The notes under the pieces: model-generated | The model's database searches: none | Seen by the model: the letters and a program-made list of their open reading frames with translations, nothing else | Told to the model about the DNA's origin: nothing | Shown here: one piece after another, positions 39,501-51,506 of the stretch | Layout of the letters: each line of letters opens with the position of its first letter | How positions within the stretch are numbered: position 1 is the first letter of the stretch | Program-made: the position numbers and the translations under genes | Assembly (NCBI RefSeq): GCF_036321535.1 | Contig: NC_087436.1 | Span: 18,416,001 to 18,480,000 of the forward strand | DNA from: Camelus dromedarius | Lineage: Eukaryota | DNA length: 64,000 bases | Reading direction: 5' to 3'

Positions 39501-41844
39501 AAATAAACGTGGTTTAGTTACATCTAAACTCTGACTATATCACACACACAATGTGAGCCCACAGAGCTGAATATATATTCATTTCATTCCATTCATTCCA
39601 ACTTTTCTTCCTCATATAAACTCTGGGTTTGCATATACAGCCATAAAAACACGCCACTATCTAGGGGGCTTCGCTCCAAGATGCCCTCCCCCATCCCTTT
39701 CAAAGGTCAAATGCTGACCGATGGACTAGCTCCACCATGAAACCAACTCCCTCTCCACTCCTCTCCATGGTGCTCTCACTGCAAACATTCAACTGAGGAA
39801 ATGCATTTACTCCAAACTCTATTTTTCAGCTTTAAAGCTTTTGGAAATGGAAACTTCAAAGTCACAAAATGTGACGATCTTTACAAAGTTGCCTCTCTGT
39901 TCTCCAGACAGAAAAACACATTTTTAAACCATTTTTTTGGATGAACATCAGGATGCATGAGTCCAGCAGACAGTCTGGTAGACACTGCCAAAAGGCACCA
40001 AACCATCCTACAGCAACAAACTTTTGACTGCAGTTCAGTGATGCATCTGGTTTCTGGATGTGTGGCTGCTCATCACCAGGTTAACCTGTAAGGTTGTACG
40101 AGCCTTTTGGACAGTATCAATTAAAACACAGCACTCAATTCCAAAAGATTCCAGAGTTCACATCATAAATATTTGATTTAACCATCTCAATTCCCCTAGA
40201 CGATCAATGAAAAGAAAATCGTCCAAAGAGGTCACTTACCTACTTTCAAATCCCTGCGTCAGATACCATCCCACATACACAAGAGACAAAGAAAGTATTT
40301 CCAGAGACAATCGTGCAATTTCAGAAGAAAACAAACTTATTTGGACAACTTTTCTAGATGCTTACAGGACTTCCCAATTGATTTCAAACTTAAAACTAAG
40401 CCAGGAATATTTTTGACTAGAATTTTTTAAAATCTGCTCTAATTTCTGTTCAAGAAATTTTTTTGTTGATTGTTTAAAAGGGAAAAGAATGTAAAAATCA
40501 CTCAATCCACACTGCCAGATGAATTACCCTCCCATGTATCAGTTTTTCTTAACAACATTTTATTTCTCCAAAACTAAACAGGGGCAACATGAGTATCAGA
40601 AACCTAAGTTAAGCCAGAAAATTACCATTTAGTTTTCAAAATATTTTCTTGTACACCAACAAGTTAAAATGTTATAAACGTTCACTACTTTACGCTTTCG
40701 CCACAGTGATCACAAGTGTCGTAGCTACTCCGTACCTCAGAGGTTGAGTCCTGTGAGGCACAGACGCCAACCACCGCACTGGATCAACCACCGTGATTTT
40801 GTACCCAGGCAGGCTGCACAGACCAGTCTTCACTTCCGCCCTCCCGTCTCTCCCACCCTTCTCTATTTTGGTTCAAATGAATCAATCCAGCAATTGGAAA
40901 AAAGAGAAGGCATACATTCTTATTTTGACTCACTATCCTCATAGGGTCCTCACGTGTGGGACGCACGCAGCCCCTAGGCCCAGACAAAACAGCTCTAGCA
41001 AAGGAACTGCATTTTTGAAAGCAGCTTATTTTGATATGAGTAATATTGACATAGGTTTTCAAAGAGACAAGGAGGTATTTCCTACCATGAATATTGGTTG
41101 TAACTAAACCTTTATACTGGAAAAAAAAAATTAGCCAATGTGATTATGAATATGCATTTATAATGAACAGAATTTATTTGCTGAGTTTGTCTTTCCATAT
41201 ATTTCCCAGAGCAGAGAGTATTTAGTTTTATTCATTTGTTTCTACACTTTTTTTTTTAGTTCAGTCATGTAACCGTCTCAAATAACAGGTATTCAATTTC
41301 TCCTATCTACTAGGAACTTATTTTTATAATGTGACAATTTAGAAATTAAAATGACTTTAAAACGTGTACTATCATAAAAATGTATCAACTTGATTGGGGT
41401 TGGTAAGAATTTCAGTTACTGGTATGGGTACCTTCTTTGAACTGCAATTCCTTATCCAATTTATGCTGAGCCATTTGTATAATATAAATAAAAGAGAAGC
41501 AAGAATGCAAAAACAAACCCAAGTTTGCTTGCACACTGGATATCAGCTTTTTCCTATGTTCTGCACATCCCTCGGTGGGACCCCTGGTGAGGCAGACATA
41601 ACTGGACACCGGCTTCTTCAGCCCAGCAGTGGGCACATAACTCAGGCTGAACAAACTATCCCACCTACCATGCTCAGTGATGGGTCCAGGCTGGACAAGT
41701 GACCAGGACAGACAGGGCCTTGGAGGAAGAAAACCACGTGTCCAGGTCACTCAGGACAATACCACTTCATGCCTATTGTCCCCGGCAGAATTTTACTCTC
41801 AAAGGTATTCTGACATAAACTGCATGGTCTCTTTATCTCAGAGG

Positions 41845-42039
41845 CAGGGTTTCTCAACCTCCACACAGTGAGCTTCGAGCTGGCTGGTTCTCCGCTGTGC
41901 AGGGGCTGATCCCGGGCACTGCAAGGGGTTTGGCAGCACGGCATCATCGGCCTCTACCCACTAGATGCCACCGTCACCTTCCAACTACGACAACAAAAAC
42001 ATCTCTGCGGTGCCACAGTCATCTGTTTGAGAACCACTG
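41845..42039. mobile_element. MER20 hAT MITE
   Basis: cagggtttctcaacct...ggcctctacccactagatgcca...ttgagaaccactg. Confidence 0.85.
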
Positions 42040-42059
42040 CTCTAGGGAAAAGGAGTCGC

Positions 42060-42312
42060 TGTTCTCTCAAATTCCCCGGGTGATGAGAAAGATGTCAGTA
42101 AGCCTTAAACTGTCACCACCGTGCAAAGTGTGCCCACCTGAGGGTCGCGGGAAATGCTAGCGATGCAAAAAGAGACCTGACGCCATCACTCAAACCCTTG
42201 GATTCAGGTGTTCCTAAAGGAACTCCACTCCTGAGATTTCACTCACATGGGCCAAAAAGTCTCTTTTTTGCTTCAACTGGTTTTAGTTGGGTTTCTCTTG
42301 TTTGCAACAGAG
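42060..42312 (+). mobile_element. Old MaLR LTR 3' part (MLT1K/L-like)
   Basis: ttttttgcttcaactggttttagttgggtttctcttgtttgcaacagag terminal motif. Confidence 0.55.
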
Positions 42313-43159
42313 GGAAATGAATGAGGTTATACAGGATGTCTTATGCCAAAAATGTGAACTGTCAAGGCAAAAAAAAAAAAAAAAAAAAGCCTACGCTTTC
42401 CACAAAAACCAACCAAGAACTCTAGCTCTGGGACACAAGCAATGAACTTCTTCGCTGAGTCCTAGAATCCCTCCCGCTGAAGAACCTGCTTGTCTCCACA
42501 CTTCCCATCCCTGAAGGACCCAGTGCCTGTAGTCAGTGCATGGGAGCCAGAGAAGAGGGGGGCTGTCTGCACCCCACTGCACTAGAAGACTGACAGTCAT
42601 CCTATTTCTTCTAGGAACTGTTTCTCAAACTAGAGAACCCAAGCAGTTAGCTAGAATTTAGGAAGAAAAGATATTTTTAGATCACTGATACTGACTACTC
42701 TTGTAACTCTCCCAGGCTCTATTCCAAACCCCAAGTCCTAGGATCTCTTCCCGGATGTCACCAAGGGAAACGTCTTCTGTGCAGACATCCAAAGAGAACC
42801 AGCACGACTCCACTGAGATCAGACAAGAAAATCAGCAGCGTCCTTCTGGGAAAAAGAAAAAGGTGTTTTCATCTAATTCTTTTTTTAAAAACCAATATTA
42901 AAGAGTGTCTGAATAATGCACTCAATCCTAAGCACCAGAGGAACAAACTCTGAAAGACAGGAATTTCTTGGTGTCTTGAGGATTGTTCTTCCAGATATGT
43001 TATTGCTACTTTTTCTCCTCACCTGCCTCCTATTATCTCTTCTCAGTTGAACATCTATATTCTATGCCATCCAGCTCAGACTATGAGGAAAAATTATTAC
43101 AAGTCATACATTATTACCCAGAAAAAAGAATGTGATAGGGGAGAAATTAAAAGAATTCA

Positions 43160-44580
43160 TTACTGAAAACCATCTTGCCCTCTACCTTACAATAGCAAAT
43201 ACATCCATCAGTTCATAACTTCCTCGACATCCTGACACAAATCTACAAGTCTACCCAGCTATGTGCGCATCATTTCCACCCCTCTGTTACCAAAGTAGAT
43301 GTGTCCCCCTCCTTTACCTGGAATCTGAATCCTATCTTCCATGCTATTCAGAAGCCCCCTGCATGCAGGACTATTCCCTGAATCTCCCTCTCCTCCTCTC
43401 TGCTGGACACATTCATTGGCATGTTCAGATCTCACCCCTTAACCCATATTTTGGGGGAACTCCCTGGACCACAGGCTCACTTGTTTTCCAAGCACCTTCT
43501 TCTGAACCCTGTGCCATCAGGCTCTCATCCCAGCCATGCCACAAACCCATCTCTCGGTTATTACCAATGACTCTGTCTTGTTAATTCCATGTCACCTGGA
43601 CTCCTGGGACTTGACCTCTCTGTAGCATGACCTCTCCACTCCCCTCCTACCTTACAAAACCACCTTTGCCCTTGACTTTTGCAACCCCCTGTAGGTTTCC
43701 CCCCTTCTCCCTCCCACCCAATGGCTACTGCTCTCCAGTCTCCTTCTCAACCTCTTCCTCTACCCACCCCTTAAAAGTTGCATCCCTCAGGACCCGCCCT
43801 GAGCCACCAGTCTCCTTCACTACATTCTATCCCATGGCCGGGGTCATTTCCTGTCTCTGTGCTGTGTCTCCAGAATCTTCAGCTCTAATCCCTGTTTCTG
43901 AAATACACACTCATGAAAGAAACGAGCCCCTGAGTGTCCACTGGACGCCCAGAAGCACCTCGGTCTCCACACATCCAAACCAAAAACACCCTCGCTTCCA
44001 CAAAACCCATCCCCCTGGCTGGACTACCTCAGGGACCAGCACCCCCTGCCCAGGCCAGGAACTGAGGAATCATCTCGGGTGCCTCCTTCCTCAGCTCCCA
44101 CACCCAAGCACCCACCAAAGCCTACAGCCTCTAAATTGCCACTCCTTGAGACACTGCCTCTCCAGCCACCACAGCCTCTGGCCTGGGTGAGTGAGCACCC
44201 AAGCTCCAGTGCTGCTGTCCTCAAATCCATCCTCCCAGCCACAGCCTGGGCAACTCTTCTAAAACAATTCAGGTGCTGCTGATCCCTGCTCAAAATGTCT
44301 CCATCACCTCCCCGTGGTCCTCAAAATGAAGTCTGAAGCCCTCGACACACTTCAGCAGGCCCTTCCCAACCCTGCCCTGCCTCCTCTGTAGCCCCACTCT
44401 TCCCGCTCCGCACAAGCCCCCTGCCCCAGTGCACCTGCACTGGTCCTGCAGCCACACACATGCTATCTCTGGCCTCCAGGCCTCCCACATGCATTTCACC
44501 GAACTCAGAGGATCCTCCTGTCCCACTCTCAGCGTGGAAAGCTCCTAGCCTTTCTTCTGGTCTCAGCTTAGAAGTTATCA
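43160..44580 (-). mobile_element. L2 remnant
   Basis: Long C/T-rich degenerate stretch with L2-like motifs (tgtcacctggact, cctcccagccacag, cttcagcaggcccttccc); resumes after 45230. Confidence 0.6.
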
Positions 44581-44587
44581 ATTTCTT

Positions 44588-45211
44588 TTTTTTTTTCCTT
44601 AATGAAGTATAGTTCATTGACAATGTTGTGTTAGTTTCTGGTGTACACCATAGTGATTCAGTTATAGTGAAAAACAATTTGAAAAAAATGTATAAGTTAT
44701 TACAAGCTATTGAATATAATTCCCTGTACTATACAGTAGGACCCTGCTGTTTATTGTATATACAGCAGTTAGTATCTGTAAATCCCAAACTCCTAACTTA
44801 TCCCTCTTCCCCCTTTCCCCTTGGTAACCATAAGTTTGCTTTCTATGTCTGTGAGTCTGTTTGTTTTGAAAGTTCATTTGTCTCATTCTTTTAGATTCCA
44901 CATGTAAAGTGATAGCATATGATATTTGTCTTTATCTGTCTGATTTACTTCACTTGGTATGATAATCTCTAGGTCCATCCATGTTGTTGCAAACGACATG
45001 ATTTCATTCTTTTTTATAGCTGAGTAATATTCCATTGTGTGTGTGCACAAATCAGCACATCTTTATCCAGTCATCTATCAATGGACATTTAGGTTGTTTC
45101 CATGTCTTGGCTATTGTAAATAGATGCATCCCAGTGTTCAGAGCAGCACTATCTTTTTGAATTAGAGTTTTCTCCAGTTACATGCCAAGGAGTAGGATTG
45201 CTATATCATTG
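44588..45211 (-). mobile_element. 5'-truncated young L1 with 19-bp TSD and internal micro-inversion
   Basis: T-tract and L1 3' UTR. TSD tagaagttatcaatttctt (44569-44587) / tagaggttaccaacttctt (45212-45230), 3 mismatches. Confidence 0.92.
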
Positions 45212-45453
45212 TAGAGGTTACCAACTTCTTGAAGTCTTCTTTAATCCCCTAGTTAGTCCTGTTAACAACGGCCATAGCATTCCATTCTCCACTCTCATTG
45301 AACAGTGTGAATGATATTGCTTAATGAATCTTCTGTCTATCCCATTAGAACTCTAAGTTCTGCACAGAAATTCAGTACATTTTTTAAGTGCTTTACGAAT
45401 AACCAACTAATTTAATCCTAGCAACATTCATGGAAATAAAATTACTATCCACA

Positions 45454-45744
45454 ATCTTTAAAAAAAGGACACAAAAGAACTAATCTACAAAACAGAAACA
45501 GACTCACAGACACAGAGAACAAACTTATGGTTACCAGGATGCAAAGGGGATGGGAAAGGATAAATTGGGAATTCAAAATTTGCACCTCTTGGGGAATGAT
45601 GGAAATGCTAGTTATCTTGATTATGGTGATGGTTTCACTGATGTATATACATCTATCAAAAGTCAAATTGCACATCTGAAATGTGTAGTTTACTGTACAG
45701 GAATTATGACATAATAAAGGTGTTTTTAAAAAAAGATATTTAAA
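45454..45744 (+). mobile_element. Chimeric retroposed insert (young L1 3' UTR piece + old L1MC/MD-type 3' end) in a MIR
   Basis: Perfect 16-bp TSD aaaattactatccaca (45438-45453, 45745-45760). Confidence 0.85.
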
Positions 45745-47489
45745 AAAATTACTATCCACATTTTACAGACACAAACAAGTTAAGTGAGTTGCCCAAGGTC
45801 ACACAGTAAGTAGATTTGACTTCAAAGACCATGATCTTTAATATTTTTGCTATGCTGCCTTTGACCTGCATTTCACCAAAGAAAAACAAAACTATGTGTC
45901 AGAGTGACAGAGGTAACAGCTGCCAGATTCTCCAGTACGAGTAATAACACGTCAACCACACTCCACTCCCTTGCACTTTTTTGGCTTTGTTTCCAAAACT
46001 TTCAAGCAAAGATCTTGGGTAATGCACTGGATTTCAACACATGGAGACAGATGGTTTCTCCTATTTAATAAATGAGAGGCTTATATTCGGCCCTGTGCTT
46101 CAAAATATGGTTAGCCTCAAAAAGAGAAAAGAACATGTGTTCACCAACCACTTCTACTGTCGCTACAGGTAAAGCCACTGTGCTCAAGTTCAACCAAAGG
46201 AAGTCAGGATGGTGCTTTTTCAGCAACGATGATGATGCTGGTGGTGGTGATGGAGATGATGCCAGTACCTACCACAGGCCAGGCAGAGTTCTAAGATCTT
46301 TTAACATGTAACTTGAGGATTAAGCACCACCACCATTTGAGGGAGAGTTGGTAGTATTTCCATTTTACTAACAAAGAAACAAAGTTAGCCACAGAGGATT
46401 TCAGTCATTTGCCCAAAGGTCACCAAGTAAGTGGTGGATGTAACTTTATAGGCAGAGATTTAAAAAAAAAAAAAGTGTATGCATGCTTTTAAGACAGTCT
46501 TAAACATATCTAGCATTCAGACCTGAAGTGACACCGCTCCAGCCCAACTGAAGTCCCCCAGCCACACACCTCACCATGAGGGTGAGGGACCTCGGCGCCC
46601 AAGGGCAGACAGTGCCGGGGGTGAGCTGGGCAGTGAGGAAGGAGAAGTCACACTCCCTGCTGAAGCATCAAGCGGCACAGGACGAACACCCTCCTTGGGA
46701 AGCGCGAGGAGGAAATTCAAGTTTGACCAGGGAGCCAGGACTGCAGCCGCAGCAGCAGGGCTGTGATCCCAGCCCATCCCGGGGCTCAGGGAGATGCTGC
46801 CCTTAGAACGTAAAGCGTCAGGGGTTTTCTCAGTGCACATGTTTGTTTGTGTCAAGAGAAGGATGTCGAGGCTTTCTCATTACAAAGGCATCCCTTGGCA
46901 AGTCTATAAATTATGCTCCTATATTAGGATAATTAAATAAACAGGCTGTGGTTCCTGTTTGTATAGAGGCCTGTCACAAAATACCAACCATTCTCTGCTT
47001 AAAAATCACATCCATCTGACCTAACTAGACTGACAGTTTCCAGAGTCCTTAATGTGCACTGTGTTTCTGAATATGATCTTTTTTACCCTACATGTCAATA
47101 CTGGATGTCTAATTTCAATGAGGCAAAATGGCTCTTAAAGATTTTTGTTTGTGACTCAGACCAGTTATTTCTTCCAATCCTGAAATTTAAACTGGTTTGC
47201 CCTGATTATCCATGCTATGCTGGTTAACATAAAATATCAAAAAGAAATTTTACTAAATGTCTTCAAAATTCATGGGTTCCTTAACTACAGATTGTTGTCA
47301 AAGCTAGTGTGTTAAAGTTTATCAAATTAATTACAACAAGGCTTTCATATTGAATAAATTCTCTGAATGTACTATTTTGCTATCAAAACTATGCCAAGGT
47401 GTGAGGTATATAGTACAACATCTGTTATTTATGTAACATCTACATAACATCAACTGACCAAGTCTTTTAAAATGCCACTTGTAGGAAAA

Positions 47490-47880
47490 AGAGGTCAAAC
47501 TAAATGAAATAAAGCCACCTGTATCCACATGGATAAATCTCACAAATGTGATGTTGAGGGGGTAAAAAAAAGAAGTTACAGAAGAACACATATAGTATGA
47601 ACTCATTATATGAAGTCTAAAAACATGCAAAACATACTAGCTATTATTCAGGAATGTGTACAGATGTATTAAAATATCTGGGAATAATATGCACCAGATA
47701 TGAGATAATTGCTACCTTGTAGGGAGAAGAACGGGTTCTCTACTGGGACAGGTGCCATTGGGAAGAGGCAGACAGGCAGCTTTTATTTCCAAGCTGAGCA
47801 GCAAATAAAGAGATGTTTATTGGGAGATTCTTTGTATTATTTTAGATTTCTAAAATATCTCAAAATTTTTGTAAAGGGAA
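47490..47880 (+). mobile_element. Ancient L1 (L1ME-like) 3' fragment
   Basis: catggataaatctcacaaatgtgatgttgag...aagttacagaagaacacatatagtatg. Confidence 0.65.
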
Positions 47881-48289
47881 AGAGCCTAAATACTTAAATA
47901 TGAGAACAAAATTAAAATTTACTCAAAGGTGGCATGAGGAAGGACAAGAAAAAAGACACTAATGGGGAGAGAAGTGGAGACACTTCACTAAGACAGAGAC
48001 GGAGGACAAGGACATGATACTCTGCGTGGATGTGTGCAGCTCATTTTTGATCCTAAATCAATCCATCCTCTGAATATCTACACTTATTCCAAAAATTAAC
48101 AATCGGTTTTATTTACAGTAACCATCCCAGGCGGCCTTAAATTTAAAATCATGGTCCTTGGCGGAGCTGACAAGCATCGTCTCCTAACTAGATCATGAAA
48201 TGGACACACTTTCCAGGTAATTGGGATTTGTCGTAATAACGTCCCCTAACAGAAGACGGCAGTCACACCCCTTTGCGGAGACAGCTCGC

Positions 48290-48520
48290 TATCGTGGTTA
48301 AGGGCTTTGGAGTCAGACAGATAAATGTGGGTTCACATTCCAGCTTCACCACTGACAAATGGTGTGATCTGGACAAGCTCCGAACCTCTCCAAATTCAGT
48401 TTCCTAATCTGTAACATGGAGTAAATGGTAACATACCTCGTTGAGGAAGTCCTCACATTAAATAACAGAATTTACCACAAAGTAAAGCAAATAGCAAATG
48501 CCTAATAAAAGTTAGCTACT
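48290..48520 (+). mobile_element. MIR
   Basis: gtggttaagggctttggagtcagacag...gggttcacattccagcttcaccact...cagtttcctaatctgtaacatgg. Confidence 0.8.
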
Positions 48521-49749
48521 ATGATTAAAATTATTTAAATTATATACATTTTGAACAACATGAAACATTTTTCAGTTGTGGTTTGTAACTGCCCATTTGT
48601 CTCTGAAATGTAACTCTGTGAAAAGGACCTACTAAAACATCCAAGACACCCTTAATCAGAATTAGAATCAATAAATCTCCAAACACTCTGCTACAAATCC
48701 TGAAATAGAGCCAACCTGACTAGAAGTTTTCATTAAATGGATGTAGAAAATCAAAGGCAATGCAAGACAACACTGAGTCCTATACAGCAACACGTTCATA
48801 GCTGTTTCTAAACCTTTAAAAAGGGACAAGAGACACCACATGTTATTACCATGGTCAAATGTAAACACTTTACCTATTCACTGCCACATACAGCCAGCAA
48901 TCACTTAAGCATGGTTTATGGTAACCTAGCAGACCACACAATATTTTTATCTCCTTCGTAATTCTTGCCCCCCACCAAAAAAAAAAAAAAAAAAAAAAAG
49001 TCATGAGGTGATCGATAGCTACTGGAGTCAGAATTCAAAACAGCCTCTTTGGGAATTTGTCCAGGGGACTCTGAGTATTCTCATGCAGAAAACAGGATTA
49101 CATAACAACCCTTCGGACCCTCCCTTTCGGAGGTGTCCTGGCTGCCTTCTCCTTCACATGGTGAATTTCCCATAGCAAACACAAGCACAGTCCACCAAGT
49201 TGTTGGGGTTTCCTGCATGTTAAACACTAAAGTTAATACCTTCTAAAAGCATCAGCGCAACGTTTAAGTATCTGCAGGCTCCAGCCACTGATGACGTCAT
49301 CCCAGTTCCCTGAGCAGAGCTCTCCCCGCCCTCTTCAGCTCCTCCTTATCTCAGTCCCCAGGATGAGAGGCCTGCTCCTGGAGGCCTGAGCCCCAGCTGC
49401 TGCCGGCTGGGCTAGATCTACAACAGCCTGTGTGACATCTTCCACACTGTCTCCAGATATTTGTGAGTCAGAAACAAATTCTGGAAAATATTTTCCCAAG
49501 ATACCACTCAGCTTTGATTCATCAACTTACTTGCCAGATTCTTCAGCATCCTGAGTTACATTCACACTTTGAAAGCCTTATCAGAGCTTGCCTTGCCCAC
49601 AGATGATCTGGACAAATATACTCTTAGGGTTACTAACCTCTAAAAGGTTGGACGTTAGTCTCTGGGCCAGAGCAGTCATTTTTCAGGCAAGAAAAGGACT
49701 TCCATGTTAAAACATACACCTGCAATTTATACAATATATCCTAAATGTT

Positions 49750-49985
49750 AACATTTGAGTGCTCATTCTAAATGCTTTACATGTATTACCTCATTTATTT
49801 AACCCAACTAGCAACCCCATACGGTAGATAATACTACCACCTCCATTGTATGGATGACAACACAGATATAGAAAAGCCAAGCAACGTGACCTCGGTTCCA
49901 CGGAGAACGAGTGGCTGAGCTAAGATGTGGACCCAGACGGACCAGCACCCTAGAGATGCTCTTAATCTTTTATACCAGACTGTCT
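49750..49985 (-). mobile_element. MIR
   Basis: ctaaatgctttacatgtattacctcattta...gtggctgagctaagatgtggaccca. Confidence 0.6.
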
Positions 49986-51444
49986 CACCAGCTATGTTAA
50001 AGATTAAAACACAAAAATACTCTCCTCCCGTTTTCTCCCTCTTCCAGAAGTCAACAACGCTCCCTGGTTCCCCACCCTCCAAGAAAACAGAGTAAAAAGG
50101 AAGTGGTTAAGGAACCCCAGTAGATGGAAGGGCAGGGAATGACAGCATATCAGGAGGACTCAGACCATCCGATGACTCACTGACCTGTCAAACATTCTAC
50201 ACAAACATGGCTGGTTGGTGAAGCCCGAAATAGGAACTACTCTAAATGGAGACCAGGACCAGCTGTAGTGAGTAAAGCCTTTAAAGACTATCTGGGTGCA
50301 CATCCCAGCTCAAGTCTGATAGTAATTCCTTTTCCAGCAAGTCTGCATTCACACTAGAAATCAGCCCACTAGCAAAACCCCAAGTAAGAGTTTAAGACTT
50401 ACCCCAGGTAATGCTCTGAATTGTAGGGGGTCCACAGTAATTTCTTTGAAGCAAAGAATATAAATGACTATTCTTTTCCATTCAGGGAGAAATTACATTT
50501 GTAGTTTATTAACTTTTTAAATAGCATTTTACCTCTATGCCTCTGAATTCCACTTAATGGATGCATCAGCACAAAATTTGCAATGATACCACTCCATCAA
50601 AATTAAGGTGTTAAGTAGCAGAAAATCCCACTCAAACTGACTCATGTCATTTAGCAAGATAACCAGCCGTGGGCTTTGGGCACAGAACAATCCATGGCTC
50701 CCACAATGGCATCAAAAACCCAGATTCAGGTACCTCTCTGCTTCAATGGCCCTTACAATTACCTTGGCTCCACTCACCATCCCAAGATGGCAGGAGCAGC
50801 TCCAGACAACACAACCAGACATCACCGAAGAATCAAAAACCCTTTTTATGAGTCTCCTCTCACACACAAGGAAACCTTTTCCAAAGTCCCAAGCAGACAC
50901 CCTATAGTGTCACACTGGTCAGAAGTGAATGCATCCTCATTCATTCGATTACCAGCCCAGAAAATAGATCTACTGCACTGAGTCCTTAGACTCAACCCTG
51001 ACTGCTCATTTTTAAAGCTCCAAGTGATTCTAATGGTCAGCTAGGATTAGGATTGAGAACCACTGAGTGAGACTAATCAGAATTACCCCTAATCACCTTT
51101 CCATGAGTCACGTGAGAAAGGGAAAAGACACCTGAACAAAATTTGGCTTGTCACAGAAAAAGAATGTCAGTTGGGCAAACAATAGAGTCTACACAGACAC
51201 TTTACATTTATATTTTCAAAACACTTTCACATGTGTTATTCAATTCAGCCCTCAAGGCTATATGCAACAGTCGCATTTTACAAGCAAGGAGGTCAGGGCT
51301 CAAGTTGACAAAGTGAATTCTTTTAAGTCTTCCAAATCCCCGCATGTTTCCATGCGATAGCAACCTGAGAAATTTCCCCAAAAGGAATTACCACAGGAAC
51401 CATTTCTCTGAAACAATAAACACAAAGACAGCAAAAGGGAACTT

Positions 51445-51506
51445 TTATGTTGTCCCAAGGAAAACGGAACAAAAATTATGTTGTCCCGAGGAAAACAAAA
51501 CAAAAA
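51445..51506. repeat. 31-bp tandem duplication (28/31 identical)
   Basis: ttatgttgtcccaaggaaaacggaacaaaaa / ttatgttgtcccgaggaaaacaaaacaaaaa. Confidence 0.93.

Noticed and set aside
43261..44677. Cluster of Pro/Ser-rich ORFs
   Set aside because: They overlie a C-rich decayed L2; composition explains the open frames.
23828..51506. Short direct repeats as a CRISPR-like array
   Set aside because: They are isolated two- or three-copy tandem duplications without spacers, in mammalian DNA.
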